Of a DNA stretch of 64,000 nucleotides, positions 40,013 to 51,156 are shown piece by piece. The stretch is from a virus. A program made the position numbers and the translations under genes. Below the pieces are notes generated by a model, which was given only the letters and a program-made list of their open reading frames with translations, made no database searches and had not been told where the DNA came from. Within the stretch, counting starts at the first letter, position 1. Every line of letters starts with the position of its first letter. The DNA is taken from the IMG/VR virus record IMGVR_UViG_3300028833_000003; one strand, 5' to 3'.

Positions 40013-41760
40013 AATATAAGTTGATTAATGAACAAACATATAGTGATTGGATAGAACAGGTTTTACACAATCGTGGTTTAACTGATAGAGAGATACATCT
40101 TTATTTAAATCCATATGAGTCATTGGAGCACGATTGGCGTGAATTATCACATATAGGAGATGCGGCGTATCAAGTAGCAATGGCAATCGCGCAGCAAAAG
40201 AAGGTATATGTACAAGTCGATTGCGACTGCGATGGCTATACCTCTGCCGCGGCACTATTAAATTATTTATGGTCATTATTTCCAGCTACTATTGAAAATA
40301 ACTGGACGTGGGGACTTCATGCTAATAAAGAACATGGCATTGAAGTAGAAGCAGTAAAAACATTAATCCCCTCTGGCTTACATATGGTAATTGCGCCTGA
40401 TAGTTCAAGTAATGAGCATGACATACATAAAGAACTATTAAATGATTGGAATATTAAAACAATAGTATTAGACCACCATGAAGCAACACCTGATGCAGAA
40501 GACCCCGCGTATATTGTAAATAATCAAATGTGCAATTATCCAAATAAAACATTAAGTGGCGTTGGCATTGTTTATAAATTCTGTGAAGCATTTGATGAGA
40601 TGTTTGGTTTTAATAATCATACGCAGATTTTAGACTTAGTTGCTCTTGGTATGATTGGTGATATGATGGATATGCGTTCATTAGAAACTCGATATTTAAT
40701 TACTGAAGGTCTAGCATATCCGCAAAATCCATATTTTACTGGAATGTTAATGAAACAGCAATACCAGCTGCAAGATAATTTTACGCCATTTAATATAGCA
40801 TTTTATGTTGTGCCATATATTAATGCAATTACAAGAGTAGGAACACAAGAAGAAAAAGAATTAATCTTTCAAGCATTATTAGATTTTAAAGCGCATAATT
40901 TAATTGTTTCTACAAAACGTGGTGACGCACCTGGGACTATGACTGAACTAGTAACACAAGCTGTGCGGGTGTGCGGCAATGTGAAGGCACGACAGGAACG
41001 AGAAAAGAAAGCAGTAATTGACCAATTAGATGATATGATTGTAAATAATCGTCTTACAGATTATCCAGTGATTATTTGTGAGATGAAAGAACCAATAGAT
41101 GCAAATCTCACTGGCTTAGTTGCTAACTATGTAATGGCTAAATACGGTAAGCCAACACTTATTCTTAATTGGCGCGATGACCATTGGGCTGGTAGCGGTC
41201 GCGCATTTCCAATAGCCGAAGTAGAGAATTGGCGTAATTTTTTTGAGAACGATTGCTCAGTTATATATGCGCAAGGACATGCTAATGCTTTTGGTATCGC
41301 AATGACTGCGGAGCAATTACAAGAATTAAAACAGCAAATGAACACTTGGTCTTTTGTAATTACTCCTATTCATGACGTTGATTTTGTATTTAATGCTAAA
41401 TCTGAATTGTTGGTACATTGTATTAAACGTCTTACTGAACGCGGCGATTTGTGGGGACAAGGAGTAAGCGAACCAGAAATTTGTGTTGAGCATGTAAAAA
41501 TAGATGCGAAACAAATTCATTTATTTTCTCCTGATAAAAAACCTACCATTCGTTTCGATTTGCCGCACAATATCGCAGGAATGATTTTTAATACAACGCA
41601 AACAGTATATGATAAATTAGTCAGTATGATACCTGAGATGGGTGCGATTGAATTAAGGATTATTGGTAAGGCATCATTAAATAATTATAATGGGAATATT
41701 ACACAACAAATCATAATCTCTGACTATGAAGTAACAAATGTGATAGACCTTGACTTTTAA
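40009..41760 (+). CDS. DHH-family RecJ-like exonuclease
   Basis: VDCDCDGYTSAA (motif I/II), VLDHHE (DHH), GVGIVYKF. Confidence 0.75.
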   Translation: MKYKLINEQTYSDWIEQVLHNRGLTDREIHLYLNPYESLEHDWRELSHIGDAAYQVAMAIAQQKKVYVQVDCDCDGYTSAAALLNYLWSLFPATIENNWTWGLHANKEHGIEVEAVKTLIPSGLHMVIAPDSSSNEHDIHKELLNDWNIKTIVLDHHEATPDAEDPAYIVNNQMCNYPNKTLSGVGIVYKFCEAFDEMFGFNNHTQILDLVALGMIGDMMDMRSLETRYLITEGLAYPQNPYFTGMLMKQQYQLQDNFTPFNIAFYVVPYINAITRVGTQEEKELIFQALLDFKAHNLIVSTKRGDAPGTMTELVTQAVRVCGNVKARQEREKKAVIDQLDDMIVNNRLTDYPVIICEMKEPIDANLTGLVANYVMAKYGKPTLILNWRDDHWAGSGRAFPIAEVENWRNFFENDCSVIYAQGHANAFGIAMTAEQLQELKQQMNTWSFVITPIHDVDFVFNAKSELLVHCIKRLTERGDLWGQGVSEPEICVEHVKIDAKQIHLFSPDKKPTIRFDLPHNIAGMIFNTTQTVYDKLVSMIPEMGAIELRIIGKASLNNYNGNITQQIIISDYEVTNVIDLDF

Positions 41761-41778
41761 ATAAAAATATGATATAAT
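41750..41778 (+). promoter_or_regulatory. Promoter cassette (TTGACT-N17-TGaTATAAT)
   Basis: -35 at 41750-41755 (within the last codons of the RecJ-like gene) and -10 at 41773-41778. Confidence 0.7.
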
Positions 41779-41808
41779 AAATATAGAAAATAGTAGGAGA
41801 TTATGTGT

Positions 41809-42999
41809 ATGATTTTAACTGCTAAACAAGAACAAGGATTGAAAATCGCGGTTGAACGTTATCATAATAATGAACCATATACAGTAATCGCAGGCTATGC
41901 TGGCACTGGTAAATCTACTCTTATTAGATTTATCATTGCCGCATTAGATTTAGATGAACATTTTGTAACCTATGTGGCATATACGGGAAAAGCCGCGCAA
42001 GTGTTGCGGAACAAGGGTTGCCCTAATGCTCGTACAGCACACAAGTTGCTCTATCGTTCAGTTCCTAAAAAGGATGGAACATTTTTTCATCTACCTGTTG
42101 AGTCATTAGCGCCATATCAATTAGTTGTTGTTGATGAAGTTTCTATGCTCCCTAAGAAAATGTGGGAGCAATTATTGTCATATGGTGTTCATGTTATTGC
42201 TTTGGGCGATCCTGGCCAGTTGCCACCTGTTGCGGCAGAAGATAATGGTGTATTGGAGCATCCGCAAATCTTTTTGGACGAAGTAATGCGGCAAGCAGAA
42301 GAAAGCGAAATTATTCGTTTAACTATGGACATTCGAGAAGGGAAGCCTTTACAATACCAACATGGACAAGAAGTGCGTGTTGTAGATCGTAATGAATTTT
42401 TAAAGCCAGGTTTCCTCTTTTGGGCCGACCAAGTATTGGTTGGAAAAAATGCTACCAGACGTTTGCTTAATATGTCAATGCGGCAAGGGCTATGGAAAGA
42501 GCAATATCAAGAGGAACCAATCGTAGGAGATAAATTAATTTGTTTGCGCAACGATTGGGATAGAAGTAATGCTTCTGGTGATGCAATGGTTAATGGTATG
42601 ACTGGGCATTTAAAATATATTAGATATGCTACTGCCAAAACAGAAATTAACCCTTTTATGAAGCGCACACCCATTATTGATTTCCAACCTGACTATGAAG
42701 ATGCTGGGTTATTTGACTCAGTAGAAGTTGATTATAAGTTACTTACTACTGGCGAACCAACAGTGGTAAGAGGATTTAATGGTAATTGGGGAAAAATACC
42801 TAAGTTATATCATCCTCATGAATTTGATTATGGGTATGCGATTACGACGCATAAAAGCCAGGGTAGTGAATTTGACAAAGTAATTGTTTTAGAAGAGTTT
42901 TTGAAAAGTGAAAGTCGTGAAGACCATATTAAATGGTTATATACCGCGGCAACACGTGCGGCAAAGAAGTTGATTATTGTTAAGAATTTTCACCCTTGA
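41809..42999 (+). CDS. RecD/Dda-like SF1 DNA helicase
   Basis: GYAGTGKST (Walker A), VVDEVSM, ITTHKSQGSEFD. The second ATG (41809) has better RBS spacing than 41803. Confidence 0.8.
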   Translation: MILTAKQEQGLKIAVERYHNNEPYTVIAGYAGTGKSTLIRFIIAALDLDEHFVTYVAYTGKAAQVLRNKGCPNARTAHKLLYRSVPKKDGTFFHLPVESLAPYQLVVVDEVSMLPKKMWEQLLSYGVHVIALGDPGQLPPVAAEDNGVLEHPQIFLDEVMRQAEESEIIRLTMDIREGKPLQYQHGQEVRVVDRNEFLKPGFLFWADQVLVGKNATRRLLNMSMRQGLWKEQYQEEPIVGDKLICLRNDWDRSNASGDAMVNGMTGHLKYIRYATAKTEINPFMKRTPIIDFQPDYEDAGLFDSVEVDYKLLTTGEPTVVRGFNGNWGKIPKLYHPHEFDYGYAITTHKSQGSEFDKVIVLEEFLKSESREDHIKWLYTAATRAAKKLIIVKNFHP

Positions 43000-43024
43000 T
43001 TTTTTTAAAAAAGTATGATATAAT
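42996..43024 (+). promoter_or_regulatory. Promoter cassette (TTGATT-N17-TGaTATAAT)
   Basis: -35 at 42996-43001 (overlaps the stop codon) and -10 at 43019-43024. Confidence 0.75.
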
Positions 43025-43057
43025 ATATATAGAATAAGGAAGAAAGAGGATTGTTGT

Positions 43058-46000
43058 ATGGCATTTTTTAACGATCATAATCACACGATGTATAGCAATC
43101 TTCGGTTAATTGATAGTATAAATAAACCGAAAGACTTAATTGATTATGCAATTCAATTAGGTCTTTCTGGTATTGCAATTACAGACCATGAAGCATTGTG
43201 TTGTCATATCGAAGTAAATCAGTATGCGCAGAAAATAAAAGAGCAGCATCCTGATTTTAAAATTGCATTAGGAAATGAAATTTATTTAACTGATACAAGA
43301 GAACCTCGGCAGAATTATTATCATTTTATTTTGATTGCAAAAGATGCACTTGGGCATAAGGCATTGCGTATTTTGAGTTCAAAAGCATGGTATAATACGT
43401 ATTATGCAAGTATGGAAAGAGTTCCAACTTTGAAAAGTGAATTGGCCGAAGTAATGCAGGAGTATAAGGGACATGTAATCGCAACAACTGCATGTATTGG
43501 CGGCGAGCTTGGACAAAATTTTTTACATCAACGGATAATGCTGAAAGCCGGTTTAGCAGATACGCAAGCTGAACAAAACATTCGTGAGTATTTGGATTTT
43601 TGCATTAATCTTTTTGGTGACGATTTTTATATTGAAGTTGCACCTGGCGAAAGTGAAGAGCAGATTTATGTAAATAAAAGATTATGGGAAATTGCGCAGG
43701 AATATAATTTAAAGATTGTCCCTGGAACAGATAGTCATTATTTGAAAAAAGAATTGCGGTTTGCGCATAAAGCATATCTTAATTCAAAAGATGGCGAACG
43801 TGAAGTTGATACATTTTATGAATATGCGTATTTAATGAGCGAAGAAGAGTGCCGTCAGCATCTACATGCAAGTTTTGATGATAATACGATTGACTGGATG
43901 TTTGAATGCACTCAAACGATGCAGAATAGCATACAAGATTATTCTTTGGAGCGTCCGCAGCAAATCCCAACAGTTAAGATTGACCCACCTGCTCCATGTG
44001 CATGGTGGGGAGTAAATAATCCATTTGCTGATGATTTTGGTAAAGGCGGATGCTATGAACTAATTGGTTCATTATTCACATCAAAAGAGCCCCAGGAACG
44101 TCAATGGATTAATGATGTGTGGGATGCTTTGGCTGATAAGATTGGTTATTGGGGAGAACATGAAGATTATGTGGCAAGAATTCAAACAGAAGCTGAGGTC
44201 ATCAGATACATTGGAGATCGCCTTGGGACTTGTCTATTTGCTTATTTCAATACCTTTAAGCATTATATTGATTTGTTCTGGGATTGTGGTTCTATCGTTG
44301 GCCCTGGTCGTGGCAGTGCTACGGGATTTTTATCAAATTATCTGCTTGGTATTACGCAACTTGACCCAATGAAATGGGATTTACCTTGGTGGAGATTTTT
44401 GAATAAAGAACGCGCGGAATTGCCTGATATTGATATTGACTTGGCGCCAAGCGTTCGTCCTGAAATTTTTGAGAAGATTAGAGAAGAACGTGGCGAACTT
44501 GGATGTGTTCAGGTTGTTACGTTTGGAACAGAAGGGACAAAAAGTGCAATTCAAACAGCATGCCGTGGATATAGAGCGCAAGATGATTTTGGTAAAGAGT
44601 TATATCCTGATGGTATTGATGTTGATGTGGCAAACTATCTTAGTTCTTTAATTCCACAAGAACGTGGATTTTTGTGGAGTTTGCATGATTGTATTTATGG
44701 AAATGAAGAGTTAAATCGTAAGCCTGTTGGTTTATTGATATTGGAATTAGATAAGTATCCAGGATTGTTGAATATTATTGAAAATATTGAAGGTATTGTT
44801 AAGCAGCGTGGTATTCATGCATCTGGTGTAATTTTATATGATGCAGAACATATTTATGACACCGCCGCGATTATGCGTAGTAAAGAAGGAGATTTAACTA
44901 CTTGTTATGACTTGCATATGTGTGAGGCAGCTGGCGATACTAAATATGACTTCTTGGTAACAGAAGTTTGTGATAAAATTATCAAATGTTATGAACTTTT
45001 GAAAGAACATTATGAAATTCCAAATATCAACTTGCGGTCATTTTATGATCACTATCTTCATCCCGAACATATTGATGTAAATAATCCTATTATTTGGGAT
45101 CATCTTGCAAAAGGTGACGTATTAGATGTGTTCCAATTCAATAGCGGTGTTGGATTAGCGATGGCAAAAGCAATTAAAGCAACTAATCCTTTAGAAATGA
45201 CTGCTGCGAACGCTATGATACGTCTAATGTCAGAACCTGGCGTTGAAAGCCAGCAGGATAGATATATTAGAATTAGAGATGGCGGCATTGGTTTATTTGA
45301 TAAAGAAATGCGTCAAGCACATTTACCAGAGAATATGATTGAAGCAATGCATAAGTATTGTGATACATATTATGGATGTTGTGCAATTCAAGAGCAAATG
45401 ATGCAAATTCTAATGGATGACAATATCGCTCATTTCACATTGAAAGAAGCAAATGATGCACGTAAAATCGTAGCAAAGAAACAAATGAAACGTATCCCAG
45501 AGTTGCGGCAGAAAGTATATAATGCTATTGGAGATACGAAAAAAGCAGACTATATTTGGGAAGTTGCAGTGCGGCCACAGCTGGGATATGCGTTTAGTTT
45601 GAATCATAGTTTGCCTTATAGCTTTGTTGGCATTCAAACCATTATTTTAGCAACTCAGTTTAGTCCAGTATATTGGAATGCAGCATGTTTGATTGTAAAT
45701 AGTGGTGCGGTCGATCCAGAGGAGAAGGGTCAAACTGATTACGCGAAAATTGCGAAAGCAGTTAATGATATTAAAGATCGTGGAATTGTTGTATCACCTA
45801 TTGACATTAATGTATCAGAATATGGTTTCACGCCGAACGCCGCAACTAATTCAATTATGTTCGGTATGAAAGGATTGTTGAATGTAGGTGAAGATGTTAT
45901 CACAACTATCATCAACAATCGTCCGTATGTAAGTTTTGAAGATTTTTACAATAGAGTAAAATTAACAAAACAACCAATGATTGCATTAATTAAATCTGGT

Positions 46001-46936
46001 GCATTTGATAAATTTGAAGATCGAAAGAAATTGATGGCAAAATATTTGTGGTTAGTCTGTGATAAAAAGAAAAAGATTAATTTACAGAATATGGCTGGGT
46101 TAATTAGACGTGATATGTTACCAGACGAATTAAAGAAACAACGAGCAGTATTTGAGTTTAATCGTTATTTAAGAGATAAGTGTGCTAAACAACCAGGAGT
46201 TTATCAATTAGATGATAGAGCATTAGGTTTTCTTGAAAAGTATGATGCAGAGTTCCCATTAACAATTGAAAATAATACATACTTATTAGATGCAAAGTTG
46301 TGGGAGCGCGAGTATAAAGTTCAAATGGACATTGTGCGCGAATGGATGAAAGACAATCAAGAAGATGCACTTTATCGGTTGAATAAAGAAATCTTTTTGG
46401 AAGATTGGAACAAATATGCGAGTGGCAATTATTCATCTTGGGAAATGGAAGTAATGTGTTTCTATGATCATCCTCACGAATTGATAAATGTAAGTAAATA
46501 TAAGTATGGTATTATGAATTACTTTGATTTACCAGAAGAGCCAATCGTAGAAACGTTGTGGCGTGGTCGTATCCCGATTTATAAGTTGTCGCGCATATTT
46601 GGTACAGTTATCGCAAAGAATAAAACAAAATCTCAGGTAACACTTTTGACACCAGAAGGTGTTGTAACAGTTAAATTCACAAAAGAATATTTTGCAATGT
46701 TTGATAGACAAATTAGTCAAAAGAACCTTGATGGAACAAAACATGTCGTTGAAAAATCTTGGTTCAATCGTGGTAGTATGATTATGGTTACTGGAATGCG
46801 GCGCGGTGATGAGTTTGTAGCAAAGAAGTATTCTGCAACACCTGGTCATCAGCTGTATAAAATTATTAAAGTCAATACTGATGGCACAATCGTCCTGCAA
46901 GACCAGCGAGCGCAAGGAGATTTAGAAGATGAATGA
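43058..46936 (+). CDS. dnaE: DNA polymerase III alpha-type replicative polymerase (PHP plus Pol IIIa core plus OB)
   Basis: The PHP N-terminus has HNHTMYS and ITDHE, followed by Pol III alpha fingers/palm motifs (GPGRGSA, PDIDIDL). 1,292 aa with no TAG. Confidence 0.9.
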   Translation: MAFFNDHNHTMYSNLRLIDSINKPKDLIDYAIQLGLSGIAITDHEALCCHIEVNQYAQKIKEQHPDFKIALGNEIYLTDTREPRQNYYHFILIAKDALGHKALRILSSKAWYNTYYASMERVPTLKSELAEVMQEYKGHVIATTACIGGELGQNFLHQRIMLKAGLADTQAEQNIREYLDFCINLFGDDFYIEVAPGESEEQIYVNKRLWEIAQEYNLKIVPGTDSHYLKKELRFAHKAYLNSKDGEREVDTFYEYAYLMSEEECRQHLHASFDDNTIDWMFECTQTMQNSIQDYSLERPQQIPTVKIDPPAPCAWWGVNNPFADDFGKGGCYELIGSLFTSKEPQERQWINDVWDALADKIGYWGEHEDYVARIQTEAEVIRYIGDRLGTCLFAYFNTFKHYIDLFWDCGSIVGPGRGSATGFLSNYLLGITQLDPMKWDLPWWRFLNKERAELPDIDIDLAPSVRPEIFEKIREERGELGCVQVVTFGTEGTKSAIQTACRGYRAQDDFGKELYPDGIDVDVANYLSSLIPQERGFLWSLHDCIYGNEELNRKPVGLLILELDKYPGLLNIIENIEGIVKQRGIHASGVILYDAEHIYDTAAIMRSKEGDLTTCYDLHMCEAAGDTKYDFLVTEVCDKIIKCYELLKEHYEIPNINLRSFYDHYLHPEHIDVNNPIIWDHLAKGDVLDVFQFNSGVGLAMAKAIKATNPLEMTAANAMIRLMSEPGVESQQDRYIRIRDGGIGLFDKEMRQAHLPENMIEAMHKYCDTYYGCCAIQEQMMQILMDDNIAHFTLKEANDARKIVAKKQMKRIPELRQKVYNAIGDTKKADYIWEVAVRPQLGYAFSLNHSLPYSFVGIQTIILATQFSPVYWNAACLIVNSGAVDPEEKGQTDYAKIAKAVNDIKDRGIVVSPIDINVSEYGFTPNAATNSIMFGMKGLLNVGEDVITTIINNRPYVSFEDFYNRVKLTKQPMIALIKSGAFDKFEDRKKLMAKYLWLVCDKKKKINLQNMAGLIRRDMLPDELKKQRAVFEFNRYLRDKCAKQPGVYQLDDRALGFLEKYDAEFPLTIENNTYLLDAKLWEREYKVQMDIVREWMKDNQEDALYRLNKEIFLEDWNKYASGNYSSWEMEVMCFYDHPHELINVSKYKYGIMNYFDLPEEPIVETLWRGRIPIYKLSRIFGTVIAKNKTKSQVTLLTPEGVVTVKFTKEYFAMFDRQISQKNLDGTKHVVEKSWFNRGSMIMVTGMRRGDEFVAKKYSATPGHQLYKIIKVNTDGTIVLQDQRAQGDLEDE

Positions 46937-47579
46937 GAATGTAAAAACTATCATTGCTATATGCGGTAAATCTGGGTCTGGTAAAGACTCACTTGAAAAA
47001 TTAATGTGTAAGTTGGTTCCTATCGCGCATCCAATAGTCAGTCATACTACCCGCCCCAAGCGGGAGTATGAAACTGACGGCGTAGATTATCATTATGTTA
47101 CTGATGAACAATTCTTAGATTTGGTCGTTCAAGGACAAATGCTAGAAGCAAGTTATTTCAATCATTGGCATTATGGAACTAGTTTGTCCTCTCTACAAGA
47201 CGGATTAAATGTTGGAGTATTTAATCCAGATGGGCTAGATGCTCTTTTGGAAAGCTCACGAGAGCGTAAAGATTTATTTGTACTATGCTATTATCTGGAT
47301 GTAGATGGCAAAACACGCTTGCTGCGTCAGCTGAACCGAGAAGAGCACCCTGATGTTGATGAAATTATTCGTCGATATAGCACTGATGAAGTTGATTTTG
47401 GTGATATTAATCTATTCCCAATTACTGCACTAATTAATGATACTCCAACTGACTTATATGATAATATTTTAATTATCTTAGATGATATTAAAAATTATAC
47501 TTCTCTTTTTGAAAAAGATGAATATTATGATACAGTAAGAAAGGTCATTCACGCGCGAGACAATGACGGTGCATGGTAA
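46929..47579 (+). CDS. Guanylate-kinase-like nucleotide kinase
   Basis: CGKSGSGKDS P-loop. HTTRPKREYETDGVDYHYV is the GK signature. Confidence 0.7.
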   Translation: MNENVKTIIAICGKSGSGKDSLEKLMCKLVPIAHPIVSHTTRPKREYETDGVDYHYVTDEQFLDLVVQGQMLEASYFNHWHYGTSLSSLQDGLNVGVFNPDGLDALLESSRERKDLFVLCYYLDVDGKTRLLRQLNREEHPDVDEIIRRYSTDEVDFGDINLFPITALINDTPTDLYDNILIILDDIKNYTSLFEKDEYYDTVRKVIHARDNDGAW

Positions 47580-47647
47580 GCGCGGCGGACCTATAAAGAT
47601 AATTTATTTATTTAAAATCCCAAAAATCTTATAGGAGGGATTTAAAA

Positions 47648-49885
47648 ATGGGTTTAGAAATTATAAAACGTAATGGTAATTTAGTTCCTTTTGATAAACA
47701 GCGTATTATTGATGCAATTAATAAAGCATTTATTGAAGTCGATGGAAAACTATTTGAAACTGACACTTCACGTAGTATCGCTGATGATGTAGAAAAATAT
47801 GTTGCAATGTAGGGCGAACCAATTCACGTTGAAGCAATTCAAAATATGATTGAGTTCTACCTTATGCAAAGCGAACGTAGAGACGTTGCTAAGGCTTATA
47901 TTCGTTATAGATATAAAAGAGAAATTGCACGTTCATATAACGCAGAGTTTATTGAAGAGATTGGTAAGAAATTACAAGCAAAAAATATTGAAAATCAGAA
48001 CGCGAATGTAGATGAACATTCATTTGGTGGCAGAAAAGGTGAAGCTACAAATTTGTTGATGAAACAGTATGCGCTTGACTTTCTTATTAGTCCTCGTCAC
48101 GCATATAATCACTTGCATAATCGTATCTATATCCACGATTTAGATGCCTATGCAGTTGGTATGCACAACTGTTTATCAATTCCTTTTGATGATTTGCTTG
48201 CGAAAGGCTTTAATACGCGACAAACTGATATTCGTCCTGCAAACAGTATTAATACTGCTTTCCAACTTGTCGCTGTTATATTCCAGTTACAGAGCTTACA
48301 ACAGTTCGGTGGCGTCTCAGCAACTCATTTAGATTGGACAATGGTTCCATATGTTCAAAAGTCATTTGCTAAACATTTTAAAAAGGGCTTGCGCTGGACT
48401 GAAAAAGCGCCTGCCGATTATATTGAAAATGTTCCTGATATGATACCTATTGAGTCACCTATCGCGCAGGACTGGGTTAATGCTTATAAATATGCTATGG
48501 CTATGACAGAGCAAGAATTAAAGCAAGCCGTAGAAGGTATGTATCATAATCTCAATACTTTACAGTCACGCAGTGGCAATCAGTTACCTTTCACTTCTAT
48601 TAATTACGGCACATGCACGCTTCCAGAAGGCCGTTTGGTTATTGAAGCATTATTGAATGGTTCTATTGATGGTGTAGGTAAATTACATCGTACTCCTATT
48701 TTCCCTTGCGGTATTTTCCAAATGATGAAGGGTGTTAATAGAACACCTCGTGACCCAAATTATGATTTATATAGATTAGCATTGCAATCAACAGCAAAAC
48801 GTTTATATCCTAACTATGCTAATGTTGATTGGAGCGGCAATGCCGGTTATGACCCAGCTGATCCAAAAACTTATTTCAGCACTATGGGTTGCCGCACTAG
48901 TAATGGTTTAGATATAAATGCAGAACCTGGTACTAATCCTCAGACCAAAGATGGCCGTGGGAATATCTGCCCAGTAACTATCATTCTCCCTACTATTGCT
49001 ATGGAAGCAAAAGCAGCGTATAAAGATGATAACATTACTAATGATACGATTATTGATTATTTTATGAGATTTTTAGGCAGCGCCATTGAAGATGCAAGAG
49101 ATTGTTTATTAGAACGTTTTGACTATATTTGTTCGCAATCTCCTGAATCTGCCAAATTTATGTATGAAAATGGCACAATGCTCGGGTATCATCCAGAAGA
49201 AGGCATCCGTTCTGCTTTAAAACATGGTACAATTGTTATTGGTCAGCTCGGTTTGGCAGAGTGCTTGGAAATTTTAATTGGTAAAAACCAGACTACCGAT
49301 GAAGGTATGGCTTTGGCCAAACAAATAGAACAATTATTTAAAGAGCGTTGTGCAGAGTATAAGCAACAGTATAAATTAAATTTTGGTGTTTATTATACCC
49401 CTGCTGAGAATCTTTGCTATACTGCTATGAAATATTTCAAACAACAGTATGGTGAAATTAAAAATGTATCTGACCATGAATATTTTACCAATAGCATCCA
49501 TGTACCAGTATGGGAGCATGTTGGTGTGCTTGATAAAATTGAAATTGAAAGTCAATTAACTGGTTATAGTAATGCAGGTTGTATCACTTACGTAGAACTT
49601 GATAGCGGCATTGCTAATAACTTAGACGCTTTGGATTAGATTGTCCAGTTTGCTATGGACAAAGATATTCCATATCTTGCTATTAATGTTCCTAATGACA
49701 CTTGTTTAGAGTGTGGTTATACTGGTGAATTTAATGATAAATGCCCGATGTGTGGCAGCACGCATTTACAGCAATTGCGGCGTGTTACTGGTTATTTAAC
49801 TGGCGATTATAAAACCGCATTTAACTGGGGCAAACAAAAAGAAACAGAAGCAAGAGTAAAACACGTTAATGAATTAAAGGAGTGA
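47648..49885 (+). CDS. nrdD: Anaerobic ribonucleoside-triphosphate reductase NrdD (two in-frame TAGs: 47810, 49637)
   Basis: N-terminal ATP-cone (IIKRNGNLVPFDKQRI). The C-terminal Zn ribbon and glycyl-radical segment (CLECGY...CPMCGS...RRVTGYL) are in frame only through TAG 49637. Track ORFs 47846 and 49655 share the frame. Confidence 0.9.
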
Positions 49886-49889
49886 GAAC

Positions 49890-50372
49890 ATGCGCTACGC
49901 AGGAATTATATATGATGATACCGCCGCAGCGCCGGGTTTAAGTCTCACATTCTTTACCCAAGGTTGTCCTATTCATTGCCCGGGTTGCCATAACCCGGGC
50001 ACTTGGGACCCAGATGGCGGACGTGAATTTACACCAGAAGTATTAAGTAGAGTATTAGATGGACTTACTAAAAATGGTGTAACTCGTAATTTTTGTATTA
50101 TGGGCGGAGAACCGTTAGCTCCATATAATGTTTTTCTTACACATCTATTGGTAAAAACAGTAAGAGAAAAATATCCGCAAATTCAAATTTATTTATGGAC
50201 TGGTTATACATTGGATCAAGTAAAAGAAAATGCAAAGAGCAATCCACATATTGACGCAATTCTATCTAATATAGATTGCATCATTGATGGACCATTCATT
50301 CAATCACAACGTGATATTACATTATTTATGCGCGGTAGTGCCAATCAAAGAATTACATATTTGACGGAATAA
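49890..50372 (+). CDS. nrdG: NrdG, anaerobic RNR activating radical-SAM protein
   Basis: GCPIHCPGCHN cluster motif. Its size and position downstream of nrdD fit NrdG. Confidence 0.85.
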   Translation: MRYAGIIYDDTAAAPGLSLTFFTQGCPIHCPGCHNPGTWDPDGGREFTPEVLSRVLDGLTKNGVTRNFCIMGGEPLAPYNVFLTHLLVKTVREKYPQIQIYLWTGYTLDQVKENAKSNPHIDAILSNIDCIIDGPFIQSQRDITLFMRGSANQRITYLTE

Positions 50373-50389
50373 AAAAAATATGATATAAT
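50361..50389 (+). promoter_or_regulatory. Promoter cassette (TTGACG-N17-TGaTATAAT)
   Basis: -35 at 50361-50366 (inside the nrdG 3' end) and -10 at 50384-50389. Confidence 0.7.
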
Positions 50390-50418
50390 GTACATAGAAA
50401 ATATAAGGAGCTAATAGC

Positions 50419-50898
50419 ATGAAAAAGCATGAAGATGGATACCTCGTAGAGCCAGAAGAATTAGAAGCTCTTGAAAAAGGTGAAAATATTAAATTAGAAG
50501 GCGAAAGCTATCCCATTGATACTGGGTTATCTTTATATTAGGTAAATCAGCAACTCGTTAATCAAATGCCTGTATTATCAAAAGAAATTGCTTATACGAA
50601 ATATTATGATAGTTGGCGCGGTTGGATTAGCGGACATGCTGCTCATTATTATGTTTTTATTTGCCGCGATGGTGGTGAATATACATTCTTTGTAAATCGT
50701 CAAGGTACAGCTAAACCTGGTGTAATTTGGGATAATCTTTGGGATGTTTTTGATCGTATTGGTGATGTCCTTAGTATTGAACCAGCGCCAGAAGGTATGG
50801 ATGATGTTGTAGAAGTATGGATTCGCGCACGCGAAGAAGGTGCGCAGCCACTCGTTTATTATTTCGTAGATTGGGACGAAGGGACGATTGAAGTATGA
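50419..50898 (+). CDS. Hypothetical protein (one in-frame TAG at 50539)
   Basis: ATG lies 9 nt after AAGGAG. It is in frame with track ORF 50566. Confidence 0.5.
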
Positions 50899-51155
50899 AG
50901 AAATTGCTGTGGGATGTAAATCAATTTACTACTCATTCAACGATATATGATACTGATGGTATTTCTCTACAACTATTTGGTCGAGACACGGCAACTCAGC
51001 TTGCCAGTCTTGCAAACTATATTTCGCTCTTAGATGACGATGTACAAATTTTAGTTAATCGCAAAGGCTATGCTAAATTGACTATGCCGCTTGCGCAAGT
51101 ATTAAATACCAAATATTCTAATCAACATAAGATTGAGATTATTGAGGAGGACTAA
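50895..51155 (+). CDS. Hypothetical protein
   Basis: Track ORF with an ATGA overlap. Confidence 0.5.
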   Translation: MKKLLWDVNQFTTHSTIYDTDGISLQLFGRDTATQLASLANYISLLDDDVQILVNRKGYAKLTMPLAQVLNTKYSNQHKIEIIEED

Positions 51156-51156
51156 T

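Noticed and set aside
3825-50389. The 19 near-identical ~45-nt repeats, considered as a CRISPR array or a mobile-element repeat family.
   Set aside because: They are spaced irregularly (0.4-8 kb), always intergenic and upstream of an RBS, and match TTGAnn-N17-TGnTATAAT. They are promoters, and no cas genes are present.
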